32,949 nucleotides of DNA from the NCBI GenBank assembly GCA_964011335.1, contig CAXGOF010000003.1, positions 1-32,949 of the forward strand, in the 5' to 3' direction. Below are positions 11,818-20,841 of the stretch, in pieces. Made by a program: the position numbers and the translations under genes. The number at the start of each line of letters is the position of its first letter. The first letter of the stretch is position 1. Below the pieces are notes generated by a model. It searched no databases. It was not told where the DNA came from and saw only the letters and a program-made list of their open reading frames with translations. Source of the stretch: an uncultured bacterium (GTDB lineage: Bacteria > Planctomycetota > UBA1135).

Positions 11818-12464
11818 CGGTGACAAGTTGAGCAGTCGGTGCGTGGGTCAATGTGGTTGTCTTTCATTAGTTTCTCACCAATGAGTCGACGATCTTCGGT
11901 CGTTGTCCAACCAAGATCCGTGATATGTTCTTGTGGGCGCAATCGCGGTGCAGGGTCGCGGTGGCAGTCAAGACACCACCCCATAGAAAGGGGCTCCTCT
12001 TGGCGCACTACTTCCATTTGATCTATGCGACCATGGCACTCGACGCAGCTCACACCAGCGCTTAAGTGAGCGCTGTGATTAAAGTACGCGAATTCAGGAA
12101 GGTCATGAACGCGGACCCACTCTATCGCATCACCTGATATTGCAGCATCGCGCAATGGCTTTAACTTCGGGCTATCAGTACGAATCTTGTCGTGACAATT
12201 CAGGCAAGTAGACGTTTGCGGAAGTGCGGCCATCGCACCGTCTTCAACCGTGCTGTGACAATAACGGCAATCCATGCCTAGCTCACCAGCATGAAGTTGG
12301 TGGCTAAACGGAATCGGTTGCTCAGGCGCGTAACCTACGTTGAGGTTTTCTGCAGACAGACCCGTTGCAATTAGCACTACTAAATAAGTAGGTACTATTA
12401 CTGCGGCGAATCCGATGACTGGACGAAGAGAGCTCGTCCACCTTGGGAATTGGTATGCACTCAT
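11814..12464 (-). CDS. actA: ACIII pentaheme cytochrome c ActA
   Basis: One TM, GYAPEQPIPFSHQLH, five CxxCH motifs (CRYCH, CLNCH, CVECH, CLDCH, CSTCH). ATG at 12464 preferred over TTG at 12488. Confidence 0.95.
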   Translation of the reverse strand: MSAYQFPRWTSSLRPVIGFAAVIVPTYLVVLIATGLSAENLNVGYAPEQPIPFSHQLHAGELGMDCRYCHSTVEDGAMAALPQTSTCLNCHDKIRTDSPKLKPLRDAAISGDAIEWVRVHDLPEFAYFNHSAHLSAGVSCVECHGRIDQMEVVRQEEPLSMGWCLDCHRDPAPRLRPQEHITDLGWTTTEDRRLIGEKLMKDNHIDPRTDCSTCHR

Positions 12465-12467
12465 GTA

Positions 12468-12538
12468 TGGAAGCGGGAGATCTTCCAACCGTAGGCCCGA
12501 TGCAATGCAACGGTAGTAGCCACGGTTTTCGCATGATA
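12468..12538 (-). promoter_or_regulatory. Putative -10 element (TATCAT) and structured 5' leader of the act/cox operon
   Basis: TATCAT on - strand at 12533-12538. Hairpin aaccgtggc...gcctacggtt (12487-12527) and a second hairpin tggaag/cttcca (12468-12487) just before the ATG. Confidence 0.4.
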
Positions 12539-12604
12539 GAGTAACTATTCTTGAAGGATGTGTGAAGTAATATTCAACCCGTTTTGCATGTTGCGCACTA
12601 TATG

Positions 12605-13750
12605 TTACAGCGGGAACTTGCCTTGCAAATTATCGGCTTCGCCTTGCTCATCAATGATGCGCAAGGCATCGACGACTTGCTTCGTTAAGTGGCGTGGCGG
12701 AGTGGCAAAAACATCTTCGACCAACGATTCGAGTGGCGGGTCTTCGATGCTCTCGGCATGAGTCACAGCATCAGAAATATCGAGAATCAGTTCTTGGCTA
12801 AGAGCTTCGACCTGGTCGGCGCTTAACAGCTCGCGAGCGGACAAAAAGCGCTCAAGGCGAGGCAGAGGATCGCGAGTGGACCAGTATTCAACCTCTTTAG
12901 CATCACGGTAACGCGTCGGGTCATCGGACGAAGAATGACCTTCCATGCGGTAAGAACGCAAATTTACAAGAACAGGGCCTTGTTGGGAGCGGGCATGCTC
13001 GGCGGCTTCGCTCATAGTGGCAAAAACGGCTACGGCATCATTGCCATCGACGTCAAATCCTGGCATGCCATAGGCTTTAGCCTTTGTCCCATAAGACTTT
13101 GCGGCTGTTTGCTTGGAGCTCGGCACAGAGATAGCCCAGCCATTATCAATGACGATAAACACCACTGGAGCTTTCATCACGCCCGCGAAGTTCATCGCCG
13201 AGTGAAATCCGGAGGAAGAGGTGGCGCCATCGCCAGTGTAGGCCGCGACCACTGATTTATCACCGCGCTTCTTCATGGCCAGAGCCGCTCCGACCGCGTG
13301 CGGTAGCTGAGTGCCGAGCACCGAAGACCAAGATGGGAAATTCACCTCTTTACACTGAAAATGGTTCGGCATTTGCCGCCCCTTCGCAGAATCTTCGGCA
13401 TTACCAAACATGTGGGCGACATACTCGCGCATCGACATCCCGCGCTGGATGGTGATCCCGCCTTCGCGCAGCGCTGAGAATATCCAGTCGTCGCCGCCGA
13501 ACACCGCCGCCGAAGCATGAATGGCCGCTTCTTGACCGGTAGATGAACCGACAAACCCCACGCGCCCTTGCCGCTGAAGTTTTAGCATGCGATCATCCAT
13601 TAAACGCGTGGTCAACATCGCGCGGTGAATGGCGAGCAATGCGTCATCAGAAGGCATGGTGCCCTTAAATGATTTCAACAAACTAGTACCGTCAGCAGTC
13701 AGTGCTTTGCGCAACTGCACGCCGTCCGAATCTAGTTTACGAATTGACAT
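12605..13750 (-). CDS. 2-oxoacid dehydrogenase E1 alpha subunit, second paralog (branched-chain/pyruvate type)
   Basis: QRQGRVGF, GQEA, RQMPNH, TPP motif GDGATS...DN, YRMEGHSSSDDP. Confidence 0.92.
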   Translation of the reverse strand: MSIRKLDSDGVQLRKALTADGTSLLKSFKGTMPSDDALLAIHRAMLTTRLMDDRMLKLQRQGRVGFVGSSTGQEAAIHASAAVFGGDDWIFSALREGGITIQRGMSMREYVAHMFGNAEDSAKGRQMPNHFQCKEVNFPSWSSVLGTQLPHAVGAALAMKKRGDKSVVAAYTGDGATSSSGFHSAMNFAGVMKAPVVFIVIDNGWAISVPSSKQTAAKSYGTKAKAYGMPGFDVDGNDAVAVFATMSEAAEHARSQQGPVLVNLRSYRMEGHSSSDDPTRYRDAKEVEYWSTRDPLPRLERFLSARELLSADQVEALSQELILDISDAVTHAESIEDPPLESLVEDVFATPPRHLTKQVVDALRIIDEQGEADNLQGKFPL

Positions 13751-13756
13751 TTTACT

Positions 13757-15388
13757 TTACAGTAGCATTAAGCTTGGCTCTTCAAGCAACTCGCGAACAC
13801 GCACCATGAAGCGCGCGCCATCTGCGCCATCGACGATGCGGTGGTCAATGCTGATCGACAAGTTCATAATCATGCGCGCCACAATATCGTCACCTACGCA
13901 GCGCGGCATTTTGCGCATGCTATGCACGCCCATGATTGCTGCTTCTGGGAAGTTAATGATTGGCGTTGCAAGCGTGCCACCGATGTTACCGGCATTTGAA
14001 ATACTGAAAGTGGAATCAGAAAAATCATCTGGCTTAAGCTTGCTGTCGCGAGCGCGGCTAGCGATATCCATCAAGTCAGAGCTTAGCTGCATGATTGATT
14101 TAAGGTTGGCGTCTTTAATGACGGGCACAACCAAGCCGTTCGGAGTATCAACGGCGATGCCCAAGTTGACATAACGCTTTTGCTTAATGATTCCGGCTTC
14201 TTCGTCAAGCTCGGCATTGAGCATCGGAAATTCGGTAAGCGCTATCGCGGTTGCCTTCATGATGTATCCCATGAAAGTAATCTTCACACCAAAGCGTTCG
14301 CCGACTGGCTTAGCAATAGTGCGCGCGGCAACCATCTCAGTGCAATCGACTTCTTCGATAAGCGAGAAGTGAGGGGCGGTGTATTTCGAACGCACCATCG
14401 CTTCGGAAATCTTGCGACGAATGCCACGGAACGGAATCTCATCGACTTCGCGCGCACCCATCACCTGAGGGAAGTTAGGTAATTGCGCAACAGATGCCAC
14501 AGGCGCGGACGCCGTCGGCGCTGCGGTTACTCCAACAGCTGGTGCCGCTACCGGCGCCTCCACTGGTGCTGCAGATGCAGCGCGTACATCTTCCGGCTTA
14601 ACGCGACCGTTCGGGCCACTGCCGATGAGAGTAGATAAGTCGACACCCAATTCACGCGATAAACGACGTGTGGCTGGTGCAGCTAAAACTTTCTTGTTTG
14701 GATCAGCAGGAACAACAGGAACCTGAGCCGTCGGAGCTACTGGAGCAGGTGCAGGTGCCGCGGCCGTAGCCACTGGTGCTGCGGGTGCCGGCGCTGCAAC
14801 TGGAGCTACTGCCCCGCCGCCTGATGCCGCCAACACGAAAATCACATCGCCGACTTTCGCTACGTCGCCTTCAGCAACCAAAGTAGATTGCACGACGCCG
14901 GAAGCTGGTGCAGGAATTTCTACTGTAGCCTTATCCGTCATCACTTCAACAACAGGGTCATCTTCAGCGACGGTGTCACCTTCGCCAACAATCCAGCGCA
15001 CGATTTCTCCTTCGTGAACTCCTTCGCCGATATCCGGTAACTTAAATTCAAAAGTCGCACCGCTCGCCGCGGGAGCAGGGGCTGCAACCGCTGGTGCAGT
15101 AACGGGCGCTTCGACAACCGGAGCAGCCACTTCAGCTACCGCAGCCGCACCACTCTCGATAATGAAAATCACATCGCCAACATTAGCGACATCACCTTCA
15201 GCATAAAGATGCTTGCCTACGACTCCGCTAGAAGGCGCAGGTATCTCAACCGTCGCCTTATCGGTCATGACCTCCACAACCGGGTCGTCTTCGTTTACCG
15301 AAGCACCTTCCGCCACAATCCAGCGCACGATTTCTCCTTCGTGCACGCCTTCGCCGATATCCGGCAGTTTAAATTCGAGTGAGCTCAT
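13757..15388 (-). CDS. bkdB: Dihydrolipoamide acyltransferase E2 with two lipoyl domains
   Basis: Two EVMTDKA lipoyl domains, Ala/Pro linkers, peripheral-subunit-binding domain (APATRRLSRELGVDL..GSGPNGRV), catalytic DHRIVDG. ATG 15388. PDH-type E2 not excluded. Confidence 0.92.
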   Translation of the reverse strand: MSSLEFKLPDIGEGVHEGEIVRWIVAEGASVNEDDPVVEVMTDKATVEIPAPSSGVVGKHLYAEGDVANVGDVIFIIESGAAAVAEVAAPVVEAPVTAPAVAAPAPAASGATFEFKLPDIGEGVHEGEIVRWIVGEGDTVAEDDPVVEVMTDKATVEIPAPASGVVQSTLVAEGDVAKVGDVIFVLAASGGGAVAPVAAPAPAAPVATAAAPAPAPVAPTAQVPVVPADPNKKVLAAPATRRLSRELGVDLSTLIGSGPNGRVKPEDVRAASAAPVEAPVAAPAVGVTAAPTASAPVASVAQLPNFPQVMGAREVDEIPFRGIRRKISEAMVRSKYTAPHFSLIEEVDCTEMVAARTIAKPVGERFGVKITFMGYIMKATAIALTEFPMLNAELDEEAGIIKQKRYVNLGIAVDTPNGLVVPVIKDANLKSIMQLSSDLMDIASRARDSKLKPDDFSDSTFSISNAGNIGGTLATPIINFPEAAIMGVHSMRKMPRCVGDDIVARMIMNLSISIDHRIVDGADGARFMVRVRELLEEPSLMLL

Positions 15389-15398
15389 GATTTGTTTA

Positions 15399-16376
15399 TT
15401 AAAAGTCGAGTACTTCTTCGATGGCATCTAACACGCGACGCGCGTCAGGCATATAGTAGTTCTCTAAAGTGTTAGGGAAGGGTGTATCAAAACCAGCGAC
15501 GCGCTTAACTGGCGCCTCAACATATTCGATAACGTTCTCGGCAATCATCGCCGAAATTTCTGCGCCATAACCACAGAAGCGTGGCGCCTCGTGAACAACC
15601 ACTGCACGTCCGCAATCTTTAACGGCTTGCAAAATCGATTCTTCATCGAGCGGCATCAATGTGCGCAAATCAATCACGCGCACGTCTTTATTGCGCGAGT
15701 CTTTAACGCGCTTGGCCGCTTCGGTACACACTGGCACCATCGCGCCGTAACAGAACACCACGCAGTCGCCACCTTGAGTGACTTCGCGCACGGTCGAAAG
15801 ATCGACGGTGTACATCCCTTCGGGCACTTCTTCGCGGAAAGCGCGGTATAGAGCTTTAGGCTCCATGAATAAAACCGGATCGGGATCTTGGATTGATGCA
15901 ATCAACAAACCCTTAGCATCATAAGGTGTAGATGGAATCACTACCTTAAGACCCGCGGTGTGCGCGAAGTATGCCTCGCCCGATTGCGAGTGATAAAGAC
16001 CGCCGCGAATACCGCCGCCATAAGGAGTACGGATAGTCATCGGCACGGTGTATTGCCCGCCCGAACGGTAACGCATTTTCGCAGCTTCCGAAACGATCTG
16101 GTCGAAGGCCGGGAAAATGAAATCCTGAAACTGAATTTCGCAAACTGGCTTCATGCCGTTCATTGCCAAGCCAATGCCGACACCGATGATGCCATCTTCA
16201 CTTAGTGGCGTGTCGAGACAACGCTCTTCGCCAAATTCAGCAGTCAGATTTTCAGTGGCCAAAAACACGCCACCCTTAGGGCCGACATCTTCGCCAAGAA
16301 CGAGGACGCTTTCGTCGTCGGTCATGATTGTCCTCAAGCCGTCATTGACCGCTTGCACCATTGTGAGTTCGCTCAT
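15399..16376 (-). CDS. bkdA2: 2-oxoacid dehydrogenase E1 beta subunit (BCKDH-like)
   Basis: GEDVG..GGVF, DTPLSEDGI, EIQF, RYRSGG, GGLYHSQS (YHSQS is typical of branched-chain enzymes). Confidence 0.9.
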   Translation of the reverse strand: MSELTMVQAVNDGLRTIMTDDESVLVLGEDVGPKGGVFLATENLTAEFGEERCLDTPLSEDGIIGVGIGLAMNGMKPVCEIQFQDFIFPAFDQIVSEAAKMRYRSGGQYTVPMTIRTPYGGGIRGGLYHSQSGEAYFAHTAGLKVVIPSTPYDAKGLLIASIQDPDPVLFMEPKALYRAFREEVPEGMYTVDLSTVREVTQGGDCVVFCYGAMVPVCTEAAKRVKDSRNKDVRVIDLRTLMPLDEESILQAVKDCGRAVVVHEAPRFCGYGAEISAMIAENVIEYVEAPVKRVAGFDTPFPNTLENYYMPDARRVLDAIEEVLDF

Positions 16377-17488
16377 AGTGGGAATTCTCCGTTTTCGTCT
16401 ACTGCTTCGTCGCGTTCGGAATAATGCTTAATGCAGTATTCCATTTGTTGCTTAAGGTGCGCGGGCTGTTCTTGCCACACGTCGGTAAATATTGTGCCTA
16501 GTACCGGACGCGATTTTGCTTCAGCAGCGCGGGCCCCGGCAAGCATTTCAGCATCGGCCTCTTCACGAATCTTATCGGCACTCGCGTCGGTAAGTACGCC
16601 TTCTTTAATCAAGTAGGCGCGGAAACGCTTAAGAGGCTCTTCAGACTCGGCTTTTTCCAGCTCTTCAGCAGGCACGTATTTAGTCGGATCATCCGAAGTC
16701 GAGTGTCCGCCTAATCTAAAAGTAATGGCCTCGATAAGAGTCGGCCCATCGCCGGCACGCGCCCTGTTGACCGCCTCTTTCATGGCGACGTAAACCGCAA
16801 GCACATCGTTACCGTCAACGATGCAGCTTGGCACGCCATAAGCTTCGCCCTTAATCGCGTAGCTTTCAGATGCGGTCTGGCTGCTCGATGGGCATGAAAT
16901 CGCCCACTGGTTATTTTGACAGAGGAAGACCGTCGGTGCTTTCATAACTCCAGCGAAGTTCATGCCCGAGTGAAATCCGAGTGTGGACGTCGAGCCATCG
17001 CCGAAAGTGGTAAGGGCAATGGCATCTTCACCGCGTTTCCTGGCAGCGAGCGAGACTCCCACTGCTTGTGGGATTTGCGTGCCGAGAGGTGAAGATATCG
17101 ACAACCATTTAAGCGGTTCGGTGAAGCTAAAGTGCACCGGCATCTGGCGGCCGACGGCAGTGTCGTCGGAATTGCCGAACATGTTGTCGAACATGGCTTC
17201 AGCTGGTACATCGTTATAAAACAGCATGCCAAAGTCGCGATAATGCGGTGCGAACCAGTCTTTACTAGCGTCCATGGCTGCTGCTGCGCCGACGGAAGTC
17301 GCTTCTACACCACGGTTTGGCACAGAAAAGCCTATTTTGCCGGTGCGCTGGAGGTTCATACAGCGCGAGTCAAATGCACGAGTGCGAACGATGGCAGTGT
17401 ACATCTGGATCAGCGTGGAGTTATCTAACTCTGGGGCTGTTCCTGTGAGGTTGCCTTCGACGTCTATTATTTGGAGTGGGTCACTCAT
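16373..17488 (-). CDS. bkdA1: 2-oxoacid dehydrogenase E1 alpha subunit, first paralog
   Basis: LQRTGKIGF, RQMPVH, GDGSTS...NN TPP motif, RLGGHSTSDDP. ATGA coupling to E1-beta. Substrate specificity uncertain. Confidence 0.9.
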   Translation of the reverse strand: MSDPLQIIDVEGNLTGTAPELDNSTLIQMYTAIVRTRAFDSRCMNLQRTGKIGFSVPNRGVEATSVGAAAAMDASKDWFAPHYRDFGMLFYNDVPAEAMFDNMFGNSDDTAVGRQMPVHFSFTEPLKWLSISSPLGTQIPQAVGVSLAARKRGEDAIALTTFGDGSTSTLGFHSGMNFAGVMKAPTVFLCQNNQWAISCPSSSQTASESYAIKGEAYGVPSCIVDGNDVLAVYVAMKEAVNRARAGDGPTLIEAITFRLGGHSTSDDPTKYVPAEELEKAESEEPLKRFRAYLIKEGVLTDASADKIREEADAEMLAGARAAEAKSRPVLGTIFTDVWQEQPAHLKQQMEYCIKHYSERDEAVDENGEFPL

Positions 17489-17519
17489 GGCGGGTGGTCT
17501 GCCGTGGGGGCTTGGCGTT

Positions 17520-17525
17520 ATTATA
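17520..17525 (-). promoter_or_regulatory. Putative -10 element of the 2-oxoacid dehydrogenase operon
   Basis: Perfect TATAAT on - strand 31 nt upstream of the E1-alpha ATG. Confidence 0.5.
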
Positions 17526-17666
17526 TGCGGGAGGAGTGAGTTGCTAGCTGTATTTTGTTCGGCAATAATGGCTAACTTATTGCGTGGATTTTAATGGGGC
17601 CGCTGTAATTATCAGTAATCCTGTACACTGCTAGCCAGAAATGAAACCCGCAAACCTCATCTAGCG

Positions 17667-18284
17667 CTGAACAACACCCCACTCCTCTACATCGCCGATC
17701 CCATGTGCTCGTGGTGTTGGGGCTTTGCACCGACATTAACCGCAATCGAACGGGCTTACCCCAATCGCAAAATACAATTAGTCCTCGGCGGACTCGCACC
17801 TGACTCCGACGAGCCCATGGACCAAGCCACCCGCGACTATGTCCAGCAGGCATGGCGCGCCGTCGCGCAAACTACTGGCGCCAAATTCAATTTCGACTTT
17901 TGGACAAGCTGTTCACCGCGGCGCTCCACTTGGATTGCTTGTCGTGCGGTTATCGTCGCCCGCCGCTTTAAGCTCGAGCGCGAAATGTTTGACGCGATTC
18001 AACACGCCTATTATCTAGAAGCGAGAAATCCTTCTGGTGAAAACGTACTCGCCGATGTTGCTCAACAATTAAATATCCCGCGTTCGGAATTTTTAGAAGC
18101 ACTCAGCGCGCCAGAAACGCAGGAGCAACTCGAGGAAGATTTCGCATTACGCCAACGCTTAGGCGCCAACAGTTTCCCCAGCATTGGCATCATTCAATCA
18201 GACCGGCCGACACTTCTACACAGCGGATACTGCGCACCCGACGACATCTCGGCCTTGCTTAGCTTTATCGCTTCCTTGGAATAA
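17667..18284 (+). CDS. DsbA/FrnE-like thioredoxin-fold protein (CSWC)
   Basis: LLYIADPMCSWCWGF and cis-Pro FP motif. The conserved YIADP strand lies upstream of ATG 17703, so the real start is earlier; CTG 17667 is tentative. Confidence 0.85.
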   Translation: MNNTPLLYIADPMCSWCWGFAPTLTAIERAYPNRKIQLVLGGLAPDSDEPMDQATRDYVQQAWRAVAQTTGAKFNFDFWTSCSPRRSTWIACRAVIVARRFKLEREMFDAIQHAYYLEARNPSGENVLADVAQQLNIPRSEFLEALSAPETQEQLEEDFALRQRLGANSFPSIGIIQSDRPTLLHSGYCAPDDISALLSFIASLE

Positions 18285-18309
18285 TACCGCGCCTAGTTAT
18301 AGTATCCCG

Positions 18310-19941
18310 ATGAGCACTTCCCCGAAACGGCTTCACCACCTTGACGCACTACGTAGCTTTGCCATGTTGCTCGGCATCGTTTTGCACGCGTCATTGTCCT
18401 TTATGCCTTTCCCGTGGCCGGTGCAAGATAGCGAACAAAACACTTCATTGTATTTGGTGTTTAGTGCGATACATGGTTTCCGTATGCCACTGTTTTTTCT
18501 ACTCAGCGGTTTTTTTACGGCCATGCTGTGGCGCAAACGCGGGGTTTTATCTCTAGCAAAGCACCGGGTTAAACGTATCTTGTTACCGTTGGTCATCGGC
18601 TGCTTTACGATTATTCCTGCGACCAACTGGGCTATTGAATACGTATCCCGAACTCATGGGGCAAGCACTGCGCCAATAAAGATTTCAGAACTTACACCAC
18701 TCAACCGCGATGACATTATCGGCGAAACAGATCCAAAAAAATTAAACCTGCTCACCGAGGCCGCAATCCGCCGTAACGACAGCGACTCGTTAACGCTCCT
18801 TATTGAGCAAGGCGCTGACGTTAACTACAAATCTGAAATAAAAATTTCGGCACTGCATTGGGCCGCCGGTCTCGGACACACTGAGATGATCACGATTCTG
18901 CTTGATAAAGGCGCTGATATTAATGCCGGTGACGGAAAGGACAGCACAGCTATGCACTGGGCAGCACTATTTGGGCGTCCACAAGTTGCAGCCCTACTCA
19001 TTGAACGCGGCGCGGACCTTGCGCGCCCGAACAGCGATGGCGCGACACCATTCAGCATGTCCACCCCGGAGGCTCGCACATCCGTTGCCCCTCTAGGGAC
19101 GATATGCGCCGGATTACTGAGCATACCTTTTGATGAGAGCGCTTTTTACGCCGACTCTAAGGCGCTGCATGAACTCATACTCAACTCTGACTACACACCG
19201 CAGCCAACTAGTTCTGCGCAAACCGACCTACTCCGCATCCCTCTCCTCCATCACTTGTGGTTCTTGTGGTATTTGTTTTTATTAGTGATTGCCTTTTGCT
19301 GCACGACTGGTGCTGCAAAGTATATGAGCGGTCTAAATCGGCTTACTCCACTAGTAGTTAAGCCATTTAGATATTTATGGATGCTACCACTGGTGGCTTT
19401 GTGTCAATTACAAATGGGCCCGGAAATCTTCGGCCCTGACACTTCGACGGCACTCTTGCCCAATGTGTTAATCTTAAGTTATTACGCGGTGTTCTTTTTC
19501 TTTGGTGCCGCCTATTTCTTAAGCGATGATCGCGAAGAACGCCTGGGTCGTTATTTCTGGTTGACGCTACCTGCTGCTTTTGGCGCACTCCTCATCGGAA
19601 TGGGCCACCTCGAACCGGGTGCCGACAACACTACATCAATGGCCTGGTGGGTAGCAGCCTACACTTGCTTCATGAGCTTCGGACTCATTGGGCTATGCCG
19701 CAAGATTTTTTCTGCTGAGAAAGCATGGGTGCGCTATATCTCAGATGCTTCGTATTGGATGTATATCGCTCACTTACCCTTAGTGTTCCTCGCCCAAAAA
19801 TATGTGACAGAATGGGATGCCCCTGCTTTTACAAAGCTCGCGGTTATTTGCATCGCTTTAGCCATAATACTGCTGGCAAGCTATCAACTACTGGTGCGGC
19901 ATACGCCTATCGGCTGGCTACTTAATGGGCGCCGTAAATAA
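18310..19941 (+). CDS. Acyltransferase-3 (OpgC/MdoC-like) membrane protein with inserted ankyrin repeats
   Basis: RLHHLDALRSFAMLLGIVLH, FRMPLFFLLSGFF, HHLWFLWYL, SYWMYIAH. Central ankyrin repeats (LIEQGADVN, SALHWAA..GH, LLDKGADIN, TAMHWAA, LIERGAD). ATG 18310. Confidence 0.88.
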   Translation: MSTSPKRLHHLDALRSFAMLLGIVLHASLSFMPFPWPVQDSEQNTSLYLVFSAIHGFRMPLFFLLSGFFTAMLWRKRGVLSLAKHRVKRILLPLVIGCFTIIPATNWAIEYVSRTHGASTAPIKISELTPLNRDDIIGETDPKKLNLLTEAAIRRNDSDSLTLLIEQGADVNYKSEIKISALHWAAGLGHTEMITILLDKGADINAGDGKDSTAMHWAALFGRPQVAALLIERGADLARPNSDGATPFSMSTPEARTSVAPLGTICAGLLSIPFDESAFYADSKALHELILNSDYTPQPTSSAQTDLLRIPLLHHLWFLWYLFLLVIAFCCTTGAAKYMSGLNRLTPLVVKPFRYLWMLPLVALCQLQMGPEIFGPDTSTALLPNVLILSYYAVFFFFGAAYFLSDDREERLGRYFWLTLPAAFGALLIGMGHLEPGADNTTSMAWWVAAYTCFMSFGLIGLCRKIFSAEKAWVRYISDASYWMYIAHLPLVFLAQKYVTEWDAPAFTKLAVICIALAIILLASYQLLVRHTPIGWLLNGRRK

Positions 19942-19962
19942 CCTGCGCTAAGCGGAACAACG

Positions 19963-20823
19963 TTACCAGTCCCAGCCGCGCATGCGCTGCAGTTCATCTT
20001 CGTCAGTCCAGTTATAACGCAATGGCGTGATGACCACTTTGCCCAATTGAAATTCATGCGTCGCGCCGCCGACCACATGCTCACGTGGAAAAGTTAACTG
20101 CGGACGAAACACGAAACCGCCGTCTTCGTTTTTTTTAACTTGGAAGCTGCCGACCTCCATATAACGACCGGCCATAGGAGCGAAGACCACTTCGGGGACA
20201 GCGCCAGCAGCCAACCGGGGCACTTCGATTGCCCAAACAGTTTGCGGAGTAGCTCCGTTTTCAACCAAGCGCTGCACTAACTTTACAGCCATCGCGCACG
20301 ACACCTTAAAACTATCTTGACGCATTTGTGAAACGGCAATCGACGGGATACCCCAGGCCGCGCCCTCCATTGCAGCACCAATCGTTCCAGAGTAATGTGC
20401 TATCTCACCGACATTCGCGCCAGCATTAATTCCGCTCACTACAAAGTCGAAGGGCTTTTCTTTACCTTCGTGCAACAAGCCCCAGGTCGCCGCATCGGAC
20501 GGAGTGCCTTCTATTGCCCACGCCTTGACAGCTCCTTTAACTTCTACTAAATAAGCACGGTGCGTCCCGCTAAAAATATTTGATGACTGACTAGCCCCCG
20601 AACAGTTTTCTTCTGGAGCAGAAACCACGACCTCGCCTATTTCTGACAGCGCCAACGCCAATGCGTGCAGCCCCGGTGAGTCAATGCCATCGTCATTGAC
20701 AACCAAAATGCGCAGTGGGATTTGAACAGGCACAATGTCTTCAGCAAACGACACCGCGACAAAACCGACTGCTCCAATTACGGATATAACGCTTAGCGAA
20801 AAGTTTCTCATCGGTATATTCAT
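19963..20823 (-). CDS. surE: SurE family 5'/3'-nucleotidase with N-terminal signal peptide
   Basis: ILVVNDDG, GTPSD, SGINAGAN, YSGTIGAAMEG, TPL motifs; hydrophobic leader ending VSFA. Confidence 0.9.
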   Translation of the reverse strand: MNIPMRNFSLSVISVIGAVGFVAVSFAEDIVPVQIPLRILVVNDDGIDSPGLHALALALSEIGEVVVSAPEENCSGASQSSNIFSGTHRAYLVEVKGAVKAWAIEGTPSDAATWGLLHEGKEKPFDFVVSGINAGANVGEIAHYSGTIGAAMEGAAWGIPSIAVSQMRQDSFKVSCAMAVKLVQRLVENGATPQTVWAIEVPRLAAGAVPEVVFAPMAGRYMEVGSFQVKKNEDGGFVFRPQLTFPREHVVGGATHEFQLGKVVITPLRYNWTDEDELQRMRGWDW

Positions 20824-20841
20824 GATTCTATTAGGCTGAGA

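Noticed and set aside
12559-12578. TGTGAAgtaataTTCAAC as a Rex, CRP or FNR site upstream of actA
   Set aside because: Spacer length and right half-site do not fit Rex (N4), CRP or FNR consensus; only a weak palindrome.
14860-15380. Near-identical DNA repeats
   Set aside because: Explained by the two lipoyl domains of E2; not a mobile element or array.
18184-18309. N-terminal extension of the acyltransferase from TTG 18184
   Set aside because: It overlaps the DsbA-like gene; family similarity and a -10 box support ATG 18310.
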